A DNA stretch of 64,000 bases. Source: an uncultured bacterium (lineage in GTDB: Bacteria > Krumholzibacteriota > Krumholzibacteriia > LZORAL124-64-63). Both the position numbers and the translations under genes were made by a program. Under the pieces are notes generated by a model. That model made no database searches. It was not told the origin of the DNA and saw only the letters and a program-made list of their open reading frames with translations. Below, in pieces: positions 19,088-27,968 of this stretch; within the stretch, counting starts at the first letter, position 1; each line of letters starts with the position of its first letter. The stretch spans positions 46,906-110,905 of the forward strand of contig CAVSGO010000006.1 in assembly GCA_963727525.1 (NCBI GenBank), written 5' to 3'.

Positions 19088-20476
19088 GTGACCATGCAAG
19101 GAAATCTCGACAAGCTCGTCATCCTGCTCAGCAGCGGCTTCGCGCAGCGTCGCCTCTACTTCGCCGACCACCCGAAGGTGGCCGGCCATAGCCGGGAGTT
19201 CGTCGCTCAGCTCGGTCGTTATCTCGACGAGGTCGATCAGGACGAGATCTTCCTCGGCGTGATCGACGGCAAACTCGTCCACAATGGCCGTTACCTAATC
19301 GGACCGAGCATCGCCGGCGGCCCGCTCATCGAATTCGTGACCCGCATGCACGGTGGTGGACTCGCCTTCACGCGCCTCACCACGGATGCCGAGGTGCGGG
19401 CTCTCTTCTCCATGGCGGCGGAGCTGCGCGAACCGACGTCGGGCCTGACGGAGGCGCGGGCACTGCTGGCATCACGCGGCATCACCACCATTCACGTGGC
19501 GGCACCATACCATGAGGCATCCGGCCTGATGCCGGAGGACGCCCAGGTCTCGTGGCAGGGCAAGGATCAGGGCGGCGGGGGGCTCGAATCGCCGTTGCTC
19601 GTCTATCAGGCGCTCTTCGATGTCGTCACGGCCGCCCACGGCAATGCGTCGCTGAGTCGTGCGCTGGATATCGAGAGCACGCGTTCGGTGAGCGAGTATC
19701 TCCTGCACAGCACTCGTGCCAACTTCACCGACATCATGCATCTGATGCATTACCCGGACTTCGATTCTTACACGGTGGGGCATTCGGTACGCGTGGCCAC
19801 GCTGGCCGTGTTCGCGGGCGACCGGCTCGGATTGTCCGACGAGCACCTCCTCGATCTGGGCACCGCCGGACTGCTGCACGATGTCGGCAAGAGCAAGATC
19901 CCCGACGAGATCCTCTACAAGCCCGGCCGCCTCGACGCCGGCGAATTCGCGATCATGCAATCCCACGCGGCCATCGGCGCGGAGATCCTGCTCGAGCACA
20001 AGACCGCCACGCAGCTCGACGTCGCCGCGGCCTGGGGACACCACATCCGTCACGACGGCGGCGGTTACCCCAAGACGCCACCGTGGGGCGCGCGCAACAA
20101 GATCACGGCGCTCTTGCAGATCTGCGACGTCTTCGAGGCGTTGACGGCGGTACGTCCCTACAAGGCGCCGATGACACCACGCACCGCGTTCGAGATCATG
20201 CTGAAAGACCAGGGCGCCTTCGATCCTGGTCTGCTGGCCGTATTCGTGAACACGCTGGGTCTCTACCCGCCCGGAAACGTCGTACGCCTCAACGACGGCA
20301 CCTACGGCAGCGTTGTCGCCGCCACCGCCGACATCGAACGTCCACGGGTTCGCTTGACGCACGACCCCGAGGGCAAGCCGCTCCCCGACGAGAGCCGGGT
20401 CGAGTGCGACCTCACGAGCACGCCGGAGTGCAGCGTGGCCGAGCTCGTCCTCGAGCCGGACACGGTGCTGGCCTGA
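19088..20476 (+). CDS. HD-GYP domain phosphohydrolase (c-di-GMP phosphodiesterase family) with an N-terminal DUF3391-like region
   Basis: HSVRVATLAVFAGDRLGL...LGTAGLLHDVGKSKIP...FAIMQSHAAIGAEIL...HHIRHDGGGYPK (HD ... GYP signature). GTG 19088 or ATG 19094 as start. Confidence 0.85.
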   Translation: MTMQGNLDKLVILLSSGFAQRRLYFADHPKVAGHSREFVAQLGRYLDEVDQDEIFLGVIDGKLVHNGRYLIGPSIAGGPLIEFVTRMHGGGLAFTRLTTDAEVRALFSMAAELREPTSGLTEARALLASRGITTIHVAAPYHEASGLMPEDAQVSWQGKDQGGGGLESPLLVYQALFDVVTAAHGNASLSRALDIESTRSVSEYLLHSTRANFTDIMHLMHYPDFDSYTVGHSVRVATLAVFAGDRLGLSDEHLLDLGTAGLLHDVGKSKIPDEILYKPGRLDAGEFAIMQSHAAIGAEILLEHKTATQLDVAAAWGHHIRHDGGGYPKTPPWGARNKITALLQICDVFEALTAVRPYKAPMTPRTAFEIMLKDQGAFDPGLLAVFVNTLGLYPPGNVVRLNDGTYGSVVAATADIERPRVRLTHDPEGKPLPDESRVECDLTSTPECSVAELVLEPDTVLA

Positions 20477-20576
20477 GTCGCGCCTTGCTGGGCTCGCACG
20501 CGCCGTGGTAGAGTGAGTCGACGCGGCCGATGCCCGGCCGTCCCGTCAACGGCGTCTATCTCGAGAGCCAGGATCG

Positions 20577-21464
20577 TTGGTCATGGTTCGCGTTTCGCGG
20601 GTATTCCTCGTCGCTCTCGCGGGCTTCGTTCTGGCTGCGGCCCCAGCCGTCGCGGCGGTGTCGGCGGCCGATGCCGACTCGGTGGACATCGCATTCGTAC
20701 TCATACCCGCGGGATCCTACGTGAGCGGTAGCCCGGGCGACGAGTGGGGAAGCCGTGTCGACGAGAAACAGCACCGCGTCACGTTGAGCCACGCGTTCTA
20801 CCTCTCGACGACGGAGATCACCCAGACAATGTGGCGCGCGGTCATGGGCAACAACCCGAGCTATCTCTACGATTGCCCGCGATGCCCCGTGGAAGGCCTG
20901 AGCTGGTTCGACGCGATCGCCTTCTGCAACGCATTCTCGCAGCAAGCCGGTTTGGCGCCGGTCTACGCGATCCGCGACACACTCGTCACGTGGGACCGCA
21001 CTGCCGACGGCTACCGTCTGCCGACCGAGGCGGAATGGGAGTATGCGTGTCGTGCCGGCAGCGCCACGGCGTTCCACACGGGCGACTGCCTCGGTACCGA
21101 CAAGGCGAACTACAAGGGCTATGAACCGCAGGAAGGCTGCGCCAGCGGTCTCTGGCGCGGCCAGACGATCGACGTCGGGTCGTTTGCCGCCAATAACTGG
21201 GAGCTCTGCGACATGCACGGAAACGTCGGGGAATGGTGCTGGGACCGCTGGGACTTCTATCCGGACACCGCCACGGTGGATCCAGCCGGACCGGACCGCG
21301 GCGACGAGCGGGTCATCCGCGGCGGCAACTTCGATCGGCCGGCCTGGGACTGCCGTTCGGCCGCGCGCACCATGGCCCGTCCCCGGGCGTGGTTCCGGGA
21401 TGTGGGCGTACGTCTCGCGCGTACGGCCTTCACGGCGGCAGACATCCAGGGGGGCAGCCCATGA
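20577..21464 (+). CDS. Secreted formylglycine-generating-enzyme (FGE/SUMF1) family protein
   Basis: Signal peptide VSRVFLVALAGFVLAAAPAVAAV. YRLPTEAEWEYACRAGSATAFHTGD...HGNVGEWCWDRW...RVIRGGNFD (FGE-sulfatase fold motifs). Stop overlaps the sulfatase start (ATGA). Confidence 0.85.
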   Translation: MVMVRVSRVFLVALAGFVLAAAPAVAAVSAADADSVDIAFVLIPAGSYVSGSPGDEWGSRVDEKQHRVTLSHAFYLSTTEITQTMWRAVMGNNPSYLYDCPRCPVEGLSWFDAIAFCNAFSQQAGLAPVYAIRDTLVTWDRTADGYRLPTEAEWEYACRAGSATAFHTGDCLGTDKANYKGYEPQEGCASGLWRGQTIDVGSFAANNWELCDMHGNVGEWCWDRWDFYPDTATVDPAGPDRGDERVIRGGNFDRPAWDCRSAARTMARPRAWFRDVGVRLARTAFTAADIQGGSP

Positions 21465-22855
21465 GCGACGTCTCACGCCGCGACGCGTTGAAACTGATCG
21501 GCGCCGGCGCCGCCGCGCTGACGCTGCCTCGGCTGCTCGGATGCGGCGCCAAAGATATTGCGGGGCGACGCCCCAACGTCGTCGTCATCCTCGCGGACGA
21601 CCTGCGCTACGACGCCATCGGCTGCGCCGGAGATCGGCGCTTGCAGACGCCGAACATCGACCGCCTCGCCGGCGAAGGCGTGCGCTTCACGAACGCATTC
21701 GTGACCACGAGTCTCTGCAGCCCGTCGCGCGCGGCCTTTCTCACCGGTTGCTACGCCCATACCCAGGGCGTCTTCTACAACGAGATGCGCGATCCCCTGC
21801 CGTCGGTGCCCATGTTTCCCGAGCTGCTGCAACGCGCGGGCTACGAGACGGCGTTCGTCGGCAAGTGGCATATGCTGCGACGCGCCACGCCGAGACGCGG
21901 CTTCGATCACTGGGTGGCGTTCAATGGTCAGGGCGCGTACTTCCGGAATACCCTGAACGTCGACGGCGACTGGGTCTACTCCGAGAACTATATCACCGAC
22001 GAGCTCACGTCCCGCGCCGTGAACTACCTGGTGCGGGACCACGAGAAGCCGTTCTTCCTCATGCTCAGCCACAAGGCCGTGCACGCGCCATTCGTGCCGG
22101 CGCCGCGCCATGCGAATCGCTACGGCGACGTGACCTACACGTCCCGGGACGACAGTCGCGACCGGCTCGATGCCAAACCCGCCTGGGGTGGACGTGCCGC
22201 GGACGAGAACGTCGCTTCCGAGATGCGGAATTACCACCGCACGGTGCTGGGCATCGACGAGAGCGTGGGCACGATACGTGCCACCCTGCAGGAGCAGGGC
22301 GTGCTCGATGACACACTGGTGGTCTTTACCAGCGACAACGGCTACCTGTTCGGCGAGCACGGCGGACTCATGGACAAGCGTGCGGCCTACGAGCCGTCGA
22401 TCCGTATCCCGCTGATCCTGCGCTACCCGCCCCAGGGGGGCGCCGGAACGATCTGCGACGGGCTGGCGTTGAACATCGATCTCGCTCCCACCCTGGTCGA
22501 GCTGGCGGGCGCGCCGGCTTCCCCGACCATACAGGGCCAGAGCCTGATTCCGCTACTGCGCGGGGAGCCGGGTCGCGATGCGTTCCTCTACGAGTACTTT
22601 CATGAACTGGGCACCGTGCCCACGGCGCTGGCGGTTCGTACGCGCGAATGGAAGTACGTCACGTATCCCGACGACCCGGACCTGCCGTCCGAACTGTACG
22701 ACCTGCGGGCCGACCCCGGCGAGCTACGCAACCTCGCCGACCAGGCGACGCTCTCCGAAAAGCAGACCGAACTCGAGGAACGCCTGGCCGCCCTGCTCCG
22801 TGCGACGAACTTCAGAATGCCGGGACCACCGCGCCGCTCGCTGAGTCAGGGGTGA
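21461..22855 (+). CDS. Cys-type sulfatase with a twin-arginine (Tat) signal peptide (464 aa)
   Basis: MSDVSRRDALKLIGAGAAALTLPRLLG (Tat RR motif). PNVVVILADDLRYD...TTSLCSPSRAAFLTGCY (C-x-P-x-R formylglycine motif). GKWH. C-terminal sulfatase fold. Confidence 0.9.
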   Translation: MSDVSRRDALKLIGAGAAALTLPRLLGCGAKDIAGRRPNVVVILADDLRYDAIGCAGDRRLQTPNIDRLAGEGVRFTNAFVTTSLCSPSRAAFLTGCYAHTQGVFYNEMRDPLPSVPMFPELLQRAGYETAFVGKWHMLRRATPRRGFDHWVAFNGQGAYFRNTLNVDGDWVYSENYITDELTSRAVNYLVRDHEKPFFLMLSHKAVHAPFVPAPRHANRYGDVTYTSRDDSRDRLDAKPAWGGRAADENVASEMRNYHRTVLGIDESVGTIRATLQEQGVLDDTLVVFTSDNGYLFGEHGGLMDKRAAYEPSIRIPLILRYPPQGGAGTICDGLALNIDLAPTLVELAGAPASPTIQGQSLIPLLRGEPGRDAFLYEYFHELGTVPTALAVRTREWKYVTYPDDPDLPSELYDLRADPGELRNLADQATLSEKQTELEERLAALLRATNFRMPGPPRRSLSQG

Positions 22856-22857
22856 TC

Positions 22858-24084
22858 ATGAACGCGCAACCATTCACGCTCCTCGTCAAGCCGGCTGGAG
22901 CCGCCTGCAACCTGCATTGCGCCTACTGCTTCTACTTGCCAACGGCACAGCTCCATGCGCACGAAACCCACCGCTGCATGACCCCGCTGATCCTGCGCCG
23001 ACTCGTCACCGGCTACCTGGCCACGCGTCAACCGGTGTACGGCTTCTGCTGGCAGGGGGGCGAACCGACGCTGATGGGCCTCGATTTCTACGTGCAGGCC
23101 ACGAAGCTGCAGGAGCGCCTCGGCCGCACCGGTCAGCTCGTGAGCAACAGCCTGCAGACCAACGCGCTGCTGATCGACGACGCTTGGGCCGAACACCTCG
23201 CGCGCTATCGCTTCCTCGTGGGGTGCAGCCTCGATGGCCCCGCGGCGATGCACGATCGGTACCGCACGGCCGCCAATGGCGAGGCGAGCCACGCGCGCGT
23301 GCTGCACGGGATACGAACGTTGCAACGCCACGGCGTGGCCGTGAATGTGCTCGTGCTGGTGAGTCAGGCCAACGTGCGCCGTGCCGGCGAGGTGTTCGGC
23401 TACTTGCGCGATCTCGGACTCCTGCACCAGCAGTACATCCCATGTCTCGACGTCGACGACGATGGGGCGCCGCGGCCGTATGCGATCGGCAGCGAGGAAT
23501 GGGGCGCGTTCCTCGACGCGCTCTTCGTGGCCTGGGCGGCCGACGGGGAACGCGCCGCGATCCGCAATCTCGACGCTCTCGTGGGCCAGCTTCTGGGCGA
23601 TCCCCCCGCGGAATGCACGCTGGGGCAGGACTGTCGACAATACGTGGTGGTGGAGCACAACGGCGCCATCTATCCCTGCGATTTCTATGTGCGCGAGGAC
23701 CTGTGCCTGGGCAACGTGATGGACGTAGCGTGGGACACCGTGCTGGCGTCACCGGCGCATCGCCGGTTCGGGGCGACCAAGGCTGCCTGGCCCGAGGCGT
23801 GCGCCACCTGCGATTGCCTCGACCTCTGCGCCGGTGGCTGTCCGCGGCACCGCACGGGCAGTGCGGCCGAACCCAGCCGGCTTTGTGCGGGTTTGCGCGG
23901 ATTCCTGCGCGTGCGGCGGGAAGAATTGACGCGGATCGCGGCCCGGCGCGCCGGCGAACGCGCCGCCCGCCCCTTCGCGGTCATGACCGGTGCCAGAGCA
24001 GGCGGCGCGGCCGTCCAGTCCCGCAACGAACCGTGCCCGTGCGGCAGCGGGCGCAAGTTCAAGAAGTGCTGCGGCGGCGGTTGA
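22858..24084 (+). CDS. Anaerobic sulfatase-maturating enzyme (radical-SAM/SPASM) with a C-terminal SEC-C zinc-binding motif
   Basis: ATG 22858 (MNAQPFTLLVKPAGAACNLHCAYCFY = CxxxCxxC radical-SAM cluster). SPASM-like Cys clusters (CTLGQDCRQY...YPCDF...CATCDCLDLCAGGCP). Terminal CPCGSGRKFKKCCGGG (SEC-C motif). Confidence 0.85.
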   Translation: MNAQPFTLLVKPAGAACNLHCAYCFYLPTAQLHAHETHRCMTPLILRRLVTGYLATRQPVYGFCWQGGEPTLMGLDFYVQATKLQERLGRTGQLVSNSLQTNALLIDDAWAEHLARYRFLVGCSLDGPAAMHDRYRTAANGEASHARVLHGIRTLQRHGVAVNVLVLVSQANVRRAGEVFGYLRDLGLLHQQYIPCLDVDDDGAPRPYAIGSEEWGAFLDALFVAWAADGERAAIRNLDALVGQLLGDPPAECTLGQDCRQYVVVEHNGAIYPCDFYVREDLCLGNVMDVAWDTVLASPAHRRFGATKAAWPEACATCDCLDLCAGGCPRHRTGSAAEPSRLCAGLRGFLRVRREELTRIAARRAGERAARPFAVMTGARAGGAAVQSRNEPCPCGSGRKFKKCCGGG

Positions 24085-24115
24085 GCACCACCGCCGCCGC
24101 ACCACCGTACGCGCG

Positions 24116-27100
24116 TCACCGCACCAACATCATCTTGTGCAACATCGTCTCGCCCGTCGCTTCGAGGCGGCAGAAGTAGAGACCGCTCGCCGTCTCGCGC
24201 CCGGATCCGTCCCGTCCATCCCAGCGCACCTCGTGCCGGCCCGCCGGCAACACGTCGGCGACCAGCCTGCGCACCCGTACGCCGCGCACGTCGTAGATTT
24301 CGAGCTGTATGGGGCCGGGTGCGGCGAGGTCGAACGCGATCACCGTCTGGGGGTTGAAGGGATTCGGGGCGTTGCCCACGACCCGGGTGACGGTGGGGAG
24401 CGTCGCCGGCGCCGCCGTGGCGGTGGCGCTGCCGACCAGCAGGTTCAGTCCCCACGTCTGGAACGCGCCGAGCGCGCCGAAGGCGGTGTCGGCCACGAAG
24501 ATGGTCCAGTCGCCCTGAGGGTCCGCGCCCAGGAAGTCATCGAGTGATCCGGGACCGTCGACCACGAGGTTGGCGGGCCAGTTGCCCACGATGTCGTCGT
24601 TGATGCTGCCCGAGTGGTCGTGCAGCGTGACCACCGTACCCTGCGGATTCGTGAGCGTGACGACGAGCTGGCCGATCGAGGGATGCGTGATGGCGATGTC
24701 CACCGAAACGCCGAGCAGCGCGCCGGTGTCGCCGACGTTGATGTTGCTGGTCATGCCGGCGGGGTTGTTGTCGGGAATCGGCAGGTTCACGCTGGCTGTC
24801 TCGTGCACGGCGACCACGGGGAAGAGCGTGAAGTCCACGCCGGAGAGCGTCTGTCCGTCAGCCAGCGCCACGGTGCGAGTCGCTGGCGCGTAGCCGTCGC
24901 GGCTCACGGTCATCGCGTAGTTGCTCGCCCACAGACCGGCGATCGTGTAGGCCCCATCGGAACCGGTGTTGGCGCTGTGGAAGGGGCCCGCCGTGACGGT
25001 GATGCCGGACGCGTCACCGCCGTCCTCCAGGCTCACCACCCCGGAGATCGACGAGGTGCCGGGCGACTCGGGCGCCGTCAGGTAGGCCAGCGCGTTTTCA
25101 GTGAGCAAGCGGGCCTGATCCGGGTTCAAGTAGCCGAAGTCGAAGGGGAGGAAGACGATCTGTCCCGCGTCCGGCCCGGAGTTGTCGTCATAGAGGAGCA
25201 CGCCGGCGGAATCGATGCTGAACACGGAATGCATGATCACGAGCGCGTCGGCCGTCGGCAGTGCGAGGTCGCACGCTCCCACGTCGAAACCGGCATCCAC
25301 GCCGGTTTCGATGTCGTCGGGAAGGCGGTGCGGCCGGTTCAGGAACAGGTGGTGATCCTCATCCGGATTGGGCACGAGCAACGTGCCCGAATCACCCCAC
25401 CAGTCCGCGGTGTGCAGGACCGTGCGGGTGAAGGCGTCGCTGAACGGAGGACTCTGGTAGGCGCGGTACACGATATCGCCGCCCTCGATCATCAGACGGC
25501 CACCGCTCTGTACCCAGGCCAGCAGGCGGTCGCGCAACTCCGGATTCTGCAGGGGCTGTTGATTGTTGCCACACGAGATCACCACGGCATCGTGTCCGGG
25601 CAGACTGTTCTGGCCGACATCGGCCGCGTCCACCTGATCGACGACATAACCGGCATCGATCAGCCACTGCGCGATGTCCGCGGCCGAGGTGGCGGGTTCG
25701 ACGGGAACACCGCGGGGGGAGCCCGATGGCTCCTGCTCTCGCGCCGCGTAGTTGAAGAGGTTGTCGATCACGAGCACGCGGGCCAGGGCGGCGACCACGG
25801 TAAAGGTGAATGGGCCGGCGGTGGTCGTGTTGGGGATGGCGGCCACATCCTGTGCCGCCAGGCGGTACGTCACGGTGTCGCCCACCTGCAGCGATCCGGC
25901 CGCGAGCGGGAAGTCCACACCGTAGCCATCACCGTCGGGCGCCAGCGCGACGGGCCCTTGCTGCGCGCCACCGTTCACTGCGAACGTGAGCGTGACGTCG
26001 GCGATGCCGATGTTGTCGGATGCCAGCGCGAAGACCCGCGGCGGCCACGTTGCCAGGGTCTGGTCGATGAGCGGCGCGTGGAAGAGTTGCGGCGCGATGG
26101 TATCGACCCCGATACCGAAGCCGTACACGCCGGTGGGCGCGTTCAGCGGTGCCCGGATGGTGATGCCCTGTGCGTCGCTCGCCTCGAGGTAGTAGTCGAC
26201 GATGCCACCCGCCTGACCAGGGATCTCGCCCGTGTAGGCGTCGCCGCCCGCGGGGGTCAGTGGCGCCGTTTGCCAGGGGCCGCCATCCACGCGCCACACC
26301 AGGGAGAGCGTGGCGCCGGCCAGACCCTGGCGGTCGGTGATCGTCGCCGTGACGACGTATGGTCCCACAGTGTCCTCGGTGTCCACGAGCGGCGTGTGCG
26401 CGATGGAGGGGCCCCAGTAGGTGACGGCCGCGTAGGCGTCGACGATGCCCCAGCCGTAGTCGTTGTCGGGGTTGTCCGTGCGGTCGGCGGTGGCCTTGAG
26501 CGCGTCGCGCACCTGGGCCGGTGTGAGCGAGGGCACCCGCTCCAGAATGAGGGCGGCCACGCCCGCCACGAGCGGTGTCGCGAAACTGGTGCCGTCCACG
26601 GCAGAGTAGCCCGTCGCGCCGTCCCAGTAGGCCACGATGTTACTCACGCCCTGGGCGCTGAGGTCGGGCTTGATGCGGCCGTCGTAGGTGGGACCGGGCG
26701 AGCTGAACGAGGCGATGTTGCCGTCGAGGTCCACCGCCGCGAGGGCCAGCACGTTGTGGCCATCGGCAGGGGGCAGGATGTGGGGGAAGTCGGAATTCTG
26801 CCGCTCGTTGCCGGCGCTATTGAAGACGCAGACGCCCAGATCGAACGCCATGTCGGCCGCGATGGTGGTGACGGCCGTGTCGCCGTCGAGGTCGCTGAAG
26901 TCGTACCAGTAGTAGTAGCCCAGACTGCTGGTGACGACGTCCACGCCGAGCGACTCCTCCCACTCGATGCCCGCGACCCAGTTGTCCTCCTCGATGGGCG
27001 TCTCGCTCTCGATGTCCTCGGTCTTGGCGAGGATCGCCGAGGCGCCATAGGCCGTGCCGATCAGCTCGCCGTTCTTGAAGCCCATGACGAGTGAGAGCGT

Positions 27101-27886
27101 CTCGGTGCCGTGCCGGGCCTGCTGGAAGTAGTCGCCGGGTTCCTGCGCCACGATGGTGTCGTTGTCGACGAAGTCGTACTGGGCGATGACGTCGATGTTC
27201 TGCAACGCCATGTGGGTGCGGTTGAAGCCGGAGTCGAGCATACCCACGATCACGCCGTGTCCGCTGAGGCCCAGCTCGTGGGCGGGCGGCACGTCGATCT
27301 GCTCGAGGGTGGCCAGACTGGAGCCATAGCTGAGTTGCCAGCGATCTCCGGACGCGGCCCTGGCCGCATCGTTGCGGGCGGCAGCCCGGGCCTCGTCGGC
27401 TGGCGACACGGCCAGCTCGGGGCGGACGAACTTCGCCACCAGGTCCACCCTGGTCACGAAGGGCAAGCGCGCGATGGCGGCGATCTGGTCCGGCCTGGCG
27501 TTCACGCTGATGGCATCGAGCCAGCGCGACGTCCGGCGTAGGGCCGCGCCGGTGGCCGTGACGGCGCGCACGTAGGCGGCGTCCACGGGCAGGTCGTGGG
27601 TGTCCACGAGGCGGGACCCCGCCGGTTTCACCCTGGCGCGACGGGCCAGCGCGCGCGCCGTCAGGCGCTGCTCCTCGCGGTCGAGGGCGGCCGGCAGGTC
27701 GGATGCGCTCACGCCCTTGTCGGTGAACGAGACCCAGATGGCCCAGGTGCCGTCGGCCTGACGCAGGGGCGCTGCGGGATCGGTGAGCGCGTGGGCGAGG
27801 CGCGGCGAAACTTCGGCGCGCGCCGCGCTCGGCACGACCAGGACCACGGTCACGGCGAGGATCAGCGTCATCAGGAAACGGCGCAT
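24116..27886 (-). CDS. Large secreted subtilisin-like S8 peptidase with a proprotein-convertase-type P domain and a C-terminal FlgD-Ig-like/T9SS-like sorting domain (1256 aa)
   Basis: AAGGAG RBS. Signal peptide MRRFLMTLILAVTVVLVVPSAARA. S8 contexts HGTETLSLV and GTSFATPLVAGVAALI. P-domain-like QLVVTLTNPQGTVVTLHDH. C-terminus NAPNPFNPQTVIAFDLAAPGPIQLEIYDVRGVRVRRL...SGLYFCRLEATGETMLHKMMLVR. Confidence 0.9.
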   Translation of the reverse strand: MRRFLMTLILAVTVVLVVPSAARAEVSPRLAHALTDPAAPLRQADGTWAIWVSFTDKGVSASDLPAALDREEQRLTARALARRARVKPAGSRLVDTHDLPVDAAYVRAVTATGAALRRTSRWLDAISVNARPDQIAAIARLPFVTRVDLVAKFVRPELAVSPADEARAAARNDAARAASGDRWQLSYGSSLATLEQIDVPPAHELGLSGHGVIVGMLDSGFNRTHMALQNIDVIAQYDFVDNDTIVAQEPGDYFQQARHGTETLSLVMGFKNGELIGTAYGASAILAKTEDIESETPIEEDNWVAGIEWEESLGVDVVTSSLGYYYWYDFSDLDGDTAVTTIAADMAFDLGVCVFNSAGNERQNSDFPHILPPADGHNVLALAAVDLDGNIASFSSPGPTYDGRIKPDLSAQGVSNIVAYWDGATGYSAVDGTSFATPLVAGVAALILERVPSLTPAQVRDALKATADRTDNPDNDYGWGIVDAYAAVTYWGPSIAHTPLVDTEDTVGPYVVTATITDRQGLAGATLSLVWRVDGGPWQTAPLTPAGGDAYTGEIPGQAGGIVDYYLEASDAQGITIRAPLNAPTGVYGFGIGVDTIAPQLFHAPLIDQTLATWPPRVFALASDNIGIADVTLTFAVNGGAQQGPVALAPDGDGYGVDFPLAAGSLQVGDTVTYRLAAQDVAAIPNTTTAGPFTFTVVAALARVLVIDNLFNYAAREQEPSGSPRGVPVEPATSAADIAQWLIDAGYVVDQVDAADVGQNSLPGHDAVVISCGNNQQPLQNPELRDRLLAWVQSGGRLMIEGGDIVYRAYQSPPFSDAFTRTVLHTADWWGDSGTLLVPNPDEDHHLFLNRPHRLPDDIETGVDAGFDVGACDLALPTADALVIMHSVFSIDSAGVLLYDDNSGPDAGQIVFLPFDFGYLNPDQARLLTENALAYLTAPESPGTSSISGVVSLEDGGDASGITVTAGPFHSANTGSDGAYTIAGLWASNYAMTVSRDGYAPATRTVALADGQTLSGVDFTLFPVVAVHETASVNLPIPDNNPAGMTSNINVGDTGALLGVSVDIAITHPSIGQLVVTLTNPQGTVVTLHDHSGSINDDIVGNWPANLVVDGPGSLDDFLGADPQGDWTIFVADTAFGALGAFQTWGLNLLVGSATATAAPATLPTVTRVVGNAPNPFNPQTVIAFDLAAPGPIQLEIYDVRGVRVRRLVADVLPAGRHEVRWDGRDGSGRETASGLYFCRLEATGETMLHKMMLVR

Positions 27887-27908
27887 GGGGGGGCTCCTTG
27901 TCGGGCGC

Positions 27909-27936
27909 GGGCTCCGCCGTGGCGACGACGGAGCCC
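27909..27936 (-). terminator. Hairpin GGGCTCCG-N12-CGGAGCCC downstream of the HAF-repeat gene (no clear U-tract)
   Basis: 8-bp GC stem between the convergently oriented stop (27969) and the next start (27886) on the same strand. Confidence 0.25.
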
Positions 27937-27968
27937 GCTGGGGTGGAACGCGCGTGTGGAAGAGCGAC

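Noticed and set aside
24614-27094. 826-aa + strand ORF
   Set aside because: Antisense to the well-supported S8 peptidase; composition is dominated by R/G/D/V.
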